Below, piece by piece: positions 27,501 through 38,245 of a stretch of 64,000 nucleotides of DNA; position 1 is the stretch's first letter, and the number at the start of each line of letters is the position of its first letter. The translations under genes were made by a program, and so were the position numbers. Under the pieces are notes generated by a model that worked only from the letters and a program-made list of their open reading frames with translations, had not been told where the DNA came from and did no database searches. Origin of the DNA: Phaeosaccion multiseriatum (lineage: Eukaryota > Protista > Ochrophyta, other classes); contig OZ218962.1 in the NCBI GenBank assembly GCA_965112735.1, positions 62,001 to 126,000 on the forward strand, given 5' to 3'.

Positions 27501-28750
27501 CATTCAAGAGACAGGCACCTCACTCACTCACTCACTCACTCACTCACTCACTCACTCACGAATGACCTAACTACGGATCAACTTCGCTCTGTAATACACT
27601 TGACTCACTCACTCACTCACTCACTCACTCAACTCAGTGACTCGATGACTCAGTATCTCACTCACTCACACACACACACACACTCAGTCACTCAGTCAGT
27701 CAGTCACTCACTCACTCACACCACCCACGCCCCCCGCCCTGCTCCGCGCTGCCCCACCTTGTCTCATTGAAGCCGAGCTTGATGGCCTGACAGATTTCGT
27801 CTGTCGACACCGTCACCATATCGTCCACCAGGGCTGAGGCCACACGGAAGGTTTCCGACCCCGTCACGCGCACCGCAGCGCCGTCCGCGAAAAGTCCTAC
27901 GGAAGACAGCGGGACCACGCGTCCCGCCTGAGAGGGGGGGATGGCAGTGGATGGGGGGGGGGGGGTGGCAGTGGATTGGAGGGGGGGCGAGCATAGGGGC
28001 TGGCCGGGCAGTGAGACACATGTCCACTGAGATGGACATGCCCAATACACCCAATACACCCATCACGCCCATCACGCCCATTGCAGCACAGCAGAGCACG
28101 CAGAGTGTATACCTCCATCGAGGAACGCAAAAGAACGAACGAACGAATGAATCATATGCCTCCATCCATGCCCATACGCCTCCATCCATGAATGGCCCAC
28201 CTTGAGCGAGAGCGTCATGCCCGCAGCGTCGTCGGCCTCCACCCCTATGATCTTCACCTCGGGCCGCACGTGCTTGACATAGGCTGCCACCCCCGCCACC
28301 AGCCCGCCCCCGCCCACACAGCAGAAGATGGCATCCAATGGCTTGCCGTTCATCTCCTTGAGCACTTCCATGCCGATGGTGCCCTGGCCTGCGATGACGT
28401 GAGGGTCGTCAAAGGGGTGCACAAGAGTAAGGCCGTCCTCTCTGACAAGGCGGTTGGCCTCGTCGCTCGCCTCGTCGAAGTTGTTGCCGTGCAGCTGAGA
28501 GGTTGCGGTTGTGGTTGGGCAGGGAGGGGGGAGGCAGAGGAGGGAAGGGGAGGGGAGGGAAGGGGGGGGAAGGGGAGGAGAGGGGAGGGGAGGGGAGGGG
28601 AGGGGAGCCAGTGGGCATGAATCAGTGGGCATGGAGGGACAGAGCAGTAGCACGTGCATGGAGCACGGGGGAGTGGAGTGCGGGGCATGGGGTGAAGCAT
28701 ATGTGCAGCACGGGGGAGCAGTACGTGACGTTACATAAGAGGTAGGAAGG

Positions 28751-28807
<57 letters not shown>

Positions 28808-29931
28808 CCTTAATGGTGACTGTGGGCCCCCCGAAGCTGCGCACTCCGTTGACCTTGATGGTCGGGGTGGCCAGCGGCATGACGATCGTCGCCTAAGAGA
28901 TGGGGGGGGGGGGCTCAGGCTTCTATATTTTTATATTAGATATATTGTACATACGCAAGAGAGTACAAGTCCTTCGCGACGCCCCCTACTCTCTCTCCTC
29001 TGGCCACGACGCCCCTCCTCCCACCTTCCTCCCCTCCCCTCCCCTCCCCTCCCCTCCCCTCCCCTCCCCTCCCCTCCCCTCCCCTCCCCACTCACCTTGA
29101 CGCCCATTCGTGAGGCGCTGAGGGCCACTCCCTGCGCGTGATTTCCCGCACTGCACGCCACCACGCCCCTGTCCAGCGCGGCCTGTGAGCAGTGGAACAG
29201 CTTGTTGAAGGCGCCGCGCAGCTTGAACGACTTGACCGGCTGCAGATCCTCGCGCTGGGGGGGCGGGAGGGGGGCAGAGAAGGGTGGAAGGCAAGGAGCA
29301 GGGGAGCAGCCGCAGGGGGGGGGGTTGTGAGACTAGGAGGCTGACAACATGGCAGCCGAGCCCTCTTTAAGAGGCATTCTGCTCAAAAAAAGCTTGAAGT
29401 GAAGGGCACTCAGTAGGTACCTTGAGGAGGATGTTGTTCTGAAGGAAGTTCGACATGCCCTCGGCCTTCTGCAAAGGACTCTCCACCGCCACGTCGTACA
29501 CGCGGGCCGTCAGCACCTGAGAGGGAGGGAGGGCACGGCGGCTGAGCGAGGGAGGGAGGGCGGACGACGCATGGCACATGGAGACATGCGTGTTGGTAGG
29601 AGCGTAGGAGCGTGTTGTAGCTCACCTTGCCCAGGTAGTCGCTGATGGGCGTCTCCTCAGCCTCAGCAGGAGGCTCCTGCAGCTCCGCCTCGCTGTCCTC
29701 CGCGTTGGTCGGAAGGCTCGACATGCTCCTCGCTGAACCGGAGGCTCGACTTACGCGCAGCTCTTCCCGGCCGGAGCTGCCCCTGGGGGAAGCGCCCACG
29801 GCGCACGACTTGCCAAGGTCTGCAATATGTCGCCTCCCTCCTCCTCCTCCTCCTCCTCCTCCTCCTCCTCCTCCTCCTCCTCTGAATGCGCCTTGCAGCA
29901 GACCCCGCGTCCCCCGTGCCGCCCCCCACAT
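24555..29931 (-). CDS. ilvA: Biosynthetic threonine dehydratase (threonine ammonia-lyase) with C-terminal regulatory domains
   Basis: Motifs [114 protein letters not shown] and ET|RNPMYEHFL. Arg-rich N-terminal transit-like peptide. Confidence 0.95.
25920..26310. repeat. ~30-bp purine-rich intronic minisatellite (GGTCAGGGAATGAGAAGAGAGGAGAGAAGGAA-like)
   Basis: About 13 imperfect copies in an ilvA intron. Confidence 0.9.
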
Positions 29932-30210
29932 GCTCGCCGCAGCCGAGAGAGACAAGGGCAAGGCGTGAGCGTGACCAGCGAAGAAGCAGGCTGCTGCTTC
30001 CCGCTCTCGTTTAAAATGAAAACGCAAGTAATTTGCTGAGTGTCGCACGAAAATCTTAGGGTGAGAAAGTGCTTAGTAATAGGACTCGATTTTTAAAATC
30101 GAATCGTTTCAGAATTTTCGAGGGACACTTTTCTTTCTCTCTGTTTGCACACTTACGAGAGCAGCGAGGAAACCAGAAGGAGCTGTCTACTCACGGCTTG
30201 CTGACCTACC

Positions 30211-33200
30211 ATGAAGGCAGGACCATCCCGCCAGGGGAGAAAATGGATTGCAACACTGCTGCTGTCGTTGGTGGGGCTCGCGGGGGCATGCTCCAAGCAC
30301 GGTCACAGAGGCAACCACGATCACGACCACCACGACCACTCAGTGGAGGGATCGGCGCTTCCTCGCGGGCTCCAGGAGGACGGCACTCACGGGGTGGAGT
30401 ACTGCGGGGCGCGAGAGCCGACCGTGGATGAGATGCAACAGGACGCCCTGCACATGGCCAGGCACCGGGCCAAGATCAAGAGGGAGGCCAGAAACTCCGG
30501 CCGAGCTCTCCAGGAGGAGGACATGCGCTCGAACATTCCCGTGGACGTTTACTTTCATGCCATCACGGCTGACGACAGGACCACGGGGTATGTGAGCGAC
30601 GACGAGATTACTGAGCAAATGGAGGCCCTGAATGCGGCGTACTGGCCGTTCTTCGTGTTCAGCGTCGTAGAAGTGCGGCGCTACGCCAATAGCGACTTGT
30701 TCCGCACTTGGGAGGGCTCCGCGACGACGTCCTCCACCACCGACTACTGGAATGACTACCTCTTCGCAGACTTTAACGTGGGCAACGAAGGCGTTACCCC
30801 AGGAAAGACCCTCAACATTGTAATTAGAGACACCAAGATTCTGGGTAGAGTGGGCAACTTCCCCGGTAAGTGCACGCACGCAGGCGCACGGGAGCGCGGC
30901 AGGACCTTTGTCTCTCTCCTTGCCTATCATGTGTAGGCCGCTCGCTTTCCCCCACGTTGCACTAAGCAGTTAAACTCGTCTGTGCATCTCCGTCTCTCTT
31001 CCTTATATATGTTGCGTCGATGCCGGCCCCAGCCTTCGCCACGGAGGCGGAGGAGGACCTGGTGCACATCAGCTACAAGACGCTGCCCGGCAGGGAGGAG
31101 TGGAAGGGCCTGTACGACGAGGGGGATGTGCTCGTGCACGAGGTGAGCGGCGCAGAGTAGGGGCATGCAGGCCCTGCTTTCCTCTCCACGAGAGCAAGTA
31201 GAGCGCGGTATATGTTCAGGAGGGAGTGCTATCTGGAGTGCTCTCTGACCAGCTCCGCCCACGCCCTGCTCCCTCTTGCCCCCACTCACTCACTCACTCA
31301 CGCACGCAGGTAGGGCACTGGCTGGGCCTGTACCATACCTTCCAAGGTGCCTGCACGCTCAACGGAGACCTCGTCACGGACACTCCGGTAAGTAGGCAAT
31401 AAGAAGCGGCTTGATTAAGTAGGCACGCACAAGCGGCTTGGGCACCCGGCAGGAAGATCGCTGGGTCTTTGGTGTCAGGACCGCCCAACGACTTTGGAGC
31501 AGCGAAGTCAACTCTCACCTTGCCTTCCTTCCGTGACGCGTCTCTCTCTGTTATGCTGCTCCGCTCCGCTTCATCGCCCCAGCCCGAGGCAGAGCCCTTC
31601 TACGACGACTGCGACGCCTCCACCTCTCGCGACACGTGCTCCTTCTTCGATGGGCTCGACGCGGTGTCCAACTTCATGAACTACGGCACCGACCCGTGCG
31701 CCTCCGTCTTCACCGCGGGGCAGTTCGAACGCATGGTCGCTCAGTGGGAGATTTATAGAGAACGTGAGTGCGTGAGTGCGTGAGTGCGTGAGTGAGAACA
31801 TGAGTGCGTGAGTGACTTCTCGCTGGCACTCCTCCATCACTGCAGACGCCCCCCTCGGGACATTCCTTGCCCCCCCCCCCCCACCTTCTTTTCTACACTT
31901 CCGAGGGAGACATATGTATGGGGCTTTCGACTTGCGCGCCTGAGACTGAGGCCAGAGACGGAGGCCACAAAGACCCATCGAGCTTTCTCTCTGCGAGAGC
32001 CCAGACCCGGGGGGGTGAAAGCAAGCTTCTAACCGAGGATGCTGCCTCCCCCCCCCCCCCCTCCCCTCCTCCTTCCAGGCTCGCTACTGCGGGACCCCTG
32101 CGAGGGTACGAGCCGTGTGGTGCTGAGCAAGAGCCGCGACAAGCCCGTCGACGACTTCAAATGGACTAAGCACGTCATGTCCCACCCCGGGGAAGGGAGC
32201 TGCCCCTATGTGCACGACGTCGAGGCCACGCTCTCCATGACGCACAACCGGGTGGGGGACATGTTTGTGGGGCTGCAGAACCCTGCAGGGGTCATGGCCA
32301 CGCTCAGTAACTTCCGCGGCTGGAAGGGGGACGACTTCGAGCGCACCGTGTTTGATGACGAGTCCGACTACACGCTCGACGATCTCGAGGCTCCCTTCAC
32401 GGGTGAGCTCTCTCTCTCTCTCTCTCTCTCTGTCCTGAGCCCTTGCCTTCAATCCCCACCTCTCACCTCTTCTCTCTCACCTCCCCCCCTTCTCTCTTAT
32501 CCTCACTCTCTCACCCCCCTCCCCTCTCTCTCTCTCTCTCTCTCTGACCATAGGCGTGGTGGCCCCCGATACCCCGCTCTCGCAGCTGGAGGGATGGCAG
32601 CAGACGGGGGACTGGGTTCTGTGGGTGTACGATGGTGTCAAGGGGAAGCGGGGGGTCCTCACCGATATCAGCCTCTCGCTCTGCTGCACCCCCCTGGGGC
32701 TGGGGCCCACTCCGTCTCCGACCTGGGGTGGAGATGCGAGCAGCTCCGGCAGTACCGTCCCGTACCTGCCCACCCTGTCCACGTCATCTTCTGGGGTGCG
32801 TCCTATTCGAGAGGGAAGGGGAGAAAGAGAAGAGAGAAGAGAGAGAGCGAGAGAGTGCCCCAACGCCACTCGCTAGTGACTATATTTTGAGGCTGTGGTG
32901 AAGCTGACCGAACGGAAGCGCGAAGGGCTCTTGCCCACTCACAAGGTCCATTGACTTACGTATTGCGACTCCGCCCCCCCCGCCCCATCTCACACCCTTA
33001 CCTCCGTAGATTGATACCCCGGCACCAGCAGCGATGCCCACACCAGCACCAACAGCAGCACCAACAGCAGCGCCAACAGCAGCGCCAGCAGCAGCGCCAA
33101 CAACAGTGCCCACCGAAGCCGAGACGCCGGCCCCGACATTCGTGTTGAGCCCCTCCGCACCCACCACGGACATTGGCGAGTACTTCCCCTTCGCCACGGC

Positions 33201-33702
33201 CTCCCCGGCGGCGTTGGAGGCGTCGTTTCCGTCTGCCTCACCCACCGCCTCTCCCACCTCTTTGGCCGTCGCCTCGGGCCCGACTAGCGGAGACGGGGAG
33301 AACAGGGAAGAGGGCTCCGAGCTGGGGCGGCGGCGAAGGAGGCTGGCAGGGGCCCTGTTTCAGGCCCCGGGGGGGGACCTGGCCGTGGCGCACTTCGAAG
33401 CCGCCACTCCAAGCCTCATCGCGGCCGACGGACCCGAAGGACACGAGGGACGGGAGGGGCCAAGGCTCTACGGTTGGCTCTACGGTTGGGTGCTGTTCGG
33501 GGGAGGCGCTCTGCTCGTAGCCGCGGCACTGGTGGTCTTTAAGGTCGCTGCCGGCGGTGAGGGGGGGAAGGAGAGGGAGGAGGGGGGGAAGCTCCGCGGA
33601 CGTCGCAGGGGAAGGCATGTGACATTCGAGCTCGCACGGAAGGCGGCCGAGAAACTGGGCAGGGTGGAGGAGGAGGACGTCATGATGGCGTTTGTAGCAT
33701 AG
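30211..33702 (+). CDS. M43 (pappalysin/ulilysin-like) zinc metalloprotease with proprotein-convertase P-domain, Pro/Thr/Ala stalk and C-terminal TM helix
   Basis: Signal peptide, prodomain [18 protein letters not shown]|[13 protein letters not shown] (HEXXHXXGXXH), VTDTP and Met-turn NFMNY. P-domain [25 protein letters not shown]...[13 protein letters not shown] repeats, then [20 protein letters not shown]. Confidence 0.88.
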
Positions 33703-34262
33703 CTTGTCGCGGCCGTAGCGGTGCATGGGCGTGGAGCATTCGTACGTCCGGCAGGATGTAAAGTACTTGGTAGTAGTATCGGCCCCGTGCACGCCTAGCG
33801 GCCTAGGCTCTAGGCCGCTCGGCCGCTCGGCCTTCGGCCGAAATAGGCCTAGGCCGGCGACCTCCGGCCGCTCTAGGCCGCTCACTTTTCAGCCCTAGGC
33901 GGCCTATAGCCCGCCTCTAGGCAGCCTCCCAGTGACCGTGGGCGCGTGCGTGGTGCCGCCCAGCCAGTGGGTAGCAGCACACCTGTAGGCCTGCACTCCT
34001 CGTAGGGCCAGCGAGGCGGAAAGAGACAACACGAACCAGTCTACTCCTCACTTATCCCATGCAATACATTTGCTTAAAGCTGACGACACTTGGGCGGGTT
34101 CCGGGCCAGCCCAGGGGAGGAAAGAGAAGCAGTCCCCTCAGGGGGGGAGCGACTTTAAAAATCGATGTTGTCAATTTTTATCCCATTTTTCCCCGTGGGA
34201 GGAGGATCTCCCCGTTCCATCTTCCTTCAAAGGGCCTTGCGCGAGAGCAGCGGCGGCGTAGC

Positions 34263-37200
34263 ATGGATACTATGGATGAGGAAACCAAAGGGCACGCACG
34301 AGATCGAGAAAGGGGGGAGCAGGAGCAGCGGCACCTGGGAAATATGGAGGAGGCGGAGCTTTTCCCAGAGGACGACGTCCTGTTCCCACATCATCCGTTG
34401 GCAGTCGCAGCAGCAGCAGCAGCCGCAGCAGCCGCAGCAGCAGGAGGAGGAGGACGAGGAAGAAGGGGGGGATCAGCAGGAGCGGCGACTATAGGGCAGC
34501 AAGGGGAGGATGTGGAAGCACTTCTCAGAGGAGGTGGGCCGTTGGCGATGGCACTGGAGGCTCCCCCTGCGTGTCCGAGGGCAATCGCGGGGGGCCAAAG
34601 CCCGCCGACAGGGAAAGAGGGAAGGAAAGGGGGCGACTGGCTGCAGGGAAAGAAGAAGCAGAAGAAGCAGCCGAAGCAGAAACTGCTGGCGAAGAGCGGT
34701 GCATTGCCGGAGGGCATGAGGACTGACGAAACAGGACCTCCCCCTTCTCCTCATTTCCCGTTCGAGCTGGAGAGCTCAGTGGCGAGCGGTGAATCGGCGG
34801 TGGACACGAGGGTCATTGAAAGAGAGCTGAAGAGAATGATGGAGGGGAACCGCGGCGCTCAAGGCCTTGGGCTTCGGCGTGCTGCGGGCGATGCTGCTGC
34901 TGCTGCGGCTGCTCGTATGGGGGGCAGCGGCTTCGGGCCCGACTCAAGGGAGGTGGAGAGTACCAATATGCTCGATAGAAGAGCGAGGGAAAGACTCGGG
35001 CACGTACATTGGGAGCCGTTTTTGGCATGTGCATCAAGCCGAGAGTGCGCTGGGACGGGGAGACTTGCTTCCAACAGGAGTAGTAGTAGTAGAAGCAGCA
35101 GCAGTAGCAGTAGCAGCAGCAGGACTCGCAGGGAAGAGGGCAAGAGGGAGCAGGCTGGGGAGTGGGAAGGGCGGGGCATGACGGCGCGAGCTTTCTTTGA
35201 CGTGTTTGATGGAAGCGAAATCGTGGAGGGGGACTGCAAACGGCGAAGGAGTTCCCCACAAAGGGGGGCAGGAGAGGGAGGACAGTGGCTACCGTTCGGG
35301 TGGGCGTCCGAGCCACGCAGTGCTGCGAGCGAGAGAAGGGAGAGGGCGAGGAGGGAGTGTGTGTCAACGTCCACCTCGGATGACGCGCGTGACAGCAGTG
35401 ACGGGAGCGACAGTGAAGAGGGCCGGGGGTGGAGGTGGAGGCAGCTGATGATGAAGGGACTCAAGGACCCGGGAGAGGGGCAGGAGGGGCAGGAGGAGCA
35501 GGGCGAAGGTTGCGTTGGCCACGGAGAGGTGGCCAGGAGGTATGTTGTCGAAGGGTGTGAAAGGAGTCCACAGAGGGGAGCATTGCGCATGCCCCAGGGT
35601 TCGGATAAGGATAAGGTCGGGAGGTGCGCCATCGAGGGGTGCGAGAAGCGCTCCAAGCAGGGGGGACTTTGTATTGGCCACGGGGCGGTGGTAGGCAAGA
35701 GGTGCATAACAGAGGGGCCGGGCGGCGCCTCGGAGCAGATGGCGCGCCTCAGAGCCTTCAGGAAGCTTTTGTCTGCCCGGGGAACGCCGAGGTCGGGGGG
35801 CTGGACGCCCGAAGAGAGGGGCTGGCTAAGGCATAAGCGCCCAGCCCAGGCACAGCGCAAGCCCAAGAAGAGCAAGGAGGCGCTGGAGCGGGAGCGCAAG
35901 AAGCAGCAGACTTTGTCGGACTGGTTGAAGCAGCTATGGGCCGCCGCAGAGACGGGGCACACAGAGGCCGTGGCCGAGCTGCTTGGGCGTGGTCTGGAGG
36001 ACGAGGAGGGGACCACGCGGGTGCACGAATACGTCAATCTGGGCACGCGGGGGGGGGGCGAGGCGGGGCAGGCAGGGGACGAGGACAAGAAGGGACGTAC
36101 GGCCCTCATGCTCGCGGCGGGGCGGGGACACTTGGAGACCGTGCGGCTACTGCTGACCACGGGAAAGGCCTCCATTTACGTCGTGGACAAGAAGGGGAGG
36201 CTGGTGAGTGTGTGAGTGTGTGTGTTGGTGCGTCGGGGGGCGAAGAAGGGCCTCGTATGAAAACGGCAGTGAAAGGAAGCCGCTCTCGTGCAGGCGTTGC
36301 GCACTTTTATTAACCCAAGCACCGCCACCGCTGCCTGCTTTCTCTCCCCCACGTGTAATCGTACCACCAACTGCGTCGGCTGCTCAGGCGCTGATGCACG
36401 CGGCCTTCAGGGGGCAAACGGAGTGCATGAGAGAGCTCATCGCGGCGGAGGCGGCAGGAAAGAGCAGCGTGAGCCTCACGGACTCAAGGGGGTGGACGGC
36501 CCTCACCTACGCCACCATCCACGGACACGCACAAGCCGTCAAGGCGTTGCTGGAGGCGGGCGCCTCGGACCTCAAGCAGGGGGAAGGGCTCCTCTTCGCC
36601 ACCACTCTCGGACATGTGGAGGTGGTACGTCTGCTTGTGGCTGCGGGCGCGAGGGTGGCGAGGTTCGATGAAGACCGCTGCTGTCTGCTACGCTTCGTGG
36701 CCATGCGGCGCCAAGTAGAGGTGTTGCGGTGCTTGGTGGGTGCGGGGGCCGGCATGGGGGCCATCCTGTACGCTGCGGAGGAGGACAAGGCGGAGGTGGT
36801 CAAGGTGTATCTGCAGGCAGGGGCAGACCCAGACTTTGCGCACCCACAGACGGGCCTCACAGGGCTGCACGTGGCGGCCTCCAAGGGGAGCATGGAGGTG
36901 GCCAGCGCCCTTGTGGAGGGGGGCGCGGCGCTCGACCTGCAGACGCCGCTGGGCCTCACGGCGCTCATGCTGGCCAGCTCCAGGGGGGACGCGGACTTGG
37001 TGGGGCTGCTTCTGGAGAAGGGCTGCGGTGTGCTGCAAGTGGGGACGGAGGCGCCGCACAAGACGGCGGAGATGCTCGCGGAGGAGGGGGGACACACCGA
37101 GGTGGCAGGACTCATCAAGGAGGAGGACAGGAAGCGCACCGAGCAGCGCCTCAAGGACGAGGGTGAGTGGGGAGGAAGGTAGGGAGGGAGGGGTAGTGGG

Positions 37201-37579
37201 TGGCAGAGCCATGGTTTTATTTGACTGCAGTGACAGTGACGCCCTTGAGGGATCGTTTTCTCGGCTCGGACGCTTCCTTCCACTCTTTCTTTCGTCCTTC
37301 CTTCCTTCCTTCCTCTCTTTCTTTCTTTCTTTCTTTCGTCCTTTCTTTCTTTCTTTCTTCCTTCCTTCCCTCCTGCCTGTCTTGCTCCATCTCACTGTGT
37401 TGCTGTGTGCGTGTGTGTGTGCGTTCGTGCACCATCCCCTGCGCGCAGCCTTCGACCGCCGCAAGGTGCTGGTGATGCTGTGGTGCAGGGGCAGGCAGGG
37501 CCATGAGGAGCACGCACGAGCACTCGCGACACAGGCAGCGGCCGCCGGAAGAGTAGCAGCAGGACCTTCTCCATCGTAA
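34263..37579 (+). CDS. Ankyrin-repeat protein with low-complexity N-terminus and a C-x4-C-x9-C-x2-H (WRKY19-like) zinc-finger repeat
   Basis: Finger CAIEGCEKRSKQGGLCIGHG. Ankyrin motifs GRTALMLAAGRGHLETVRLLL, GWTALTYATIHGHAQAVKALLEAGA, GLTGLHVAASKGSMEVASALVEGGA and GLTALMLASSRGDADLVGLLLEKG. Start codon and last exon are uncertain. Confidence 0.8.
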
Positions 37580-37927
37580 ACAGGCCGGAGAAGGGGGATA
37601 CAGTAGCAGGGGCAGCAGTTGGTGATACACCAGCCGCTGGAGGCGGAAGGGGGGGTGTAGGGAGGAGGGAGGGAGGGGAGAGCAGAGCAGCGAAGGGGGG
37701 CTGAGGGATCGTTGCGCATACAGTACGGTGGTGAAGTGCAGAGGAACGACATACAGGATACAGTGAACCTGCAGATGAACGACATGCAGGATACAGTGAA
37801 CCTGCAGATGAACGACATGCAGGATACAGGACCGTTATGAGTCTGCACAGGAACGAGCCTTGAAGCTCGAGATGATGCCGATTGCCACACCATTTGTAAA
37901 AAGTATTTGTTTTTTAATAAAAATTGA

Positions 37928-38188
37928 CACTCGATGTGCGTAAGAATCGCCCAAATCGCCTAAAGTAAAAGTTTTTGGACACATGCAGCAAAATGATGAT
38001 GGGAGAAGCGCTATGTAGTAGCTCTTCGTGTAGCTCTTTGAGATGCCTATCGATCCATAGTCTTTCGGCTTTCATCGCTTTCCCCCTTCCTTACTTTTCA
38101 GCATTTGTGCAAGAGCACTCCCCCTTGCCGCCCGATCTCTTTTAAAAAAAAAACGGGCGATTTGGGCGATTCTTACGCAAGTCCAGTG
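37928..38188. mobile_element. piggyBac-like MITE (261 bp)
   Basis: Left end CACTCGATGTGCGTAAGAATCGCCCAAATCGCC and right end (reverse complement) CACTGGACTTGCGTAAGAATCGCCCAAATCGCC match at 30/33. Flanked by TTGA (37924-37927) and TTAA (38189-38192). AT-richer non-coding interior. Confidence 0.75.
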
Positions 38189-38245
38189 TTAATAGTGCCC
38201 CTCTGCGGAAATTTCTCTCTCTTCTCTCTCCTTTGTGCTGATTAT

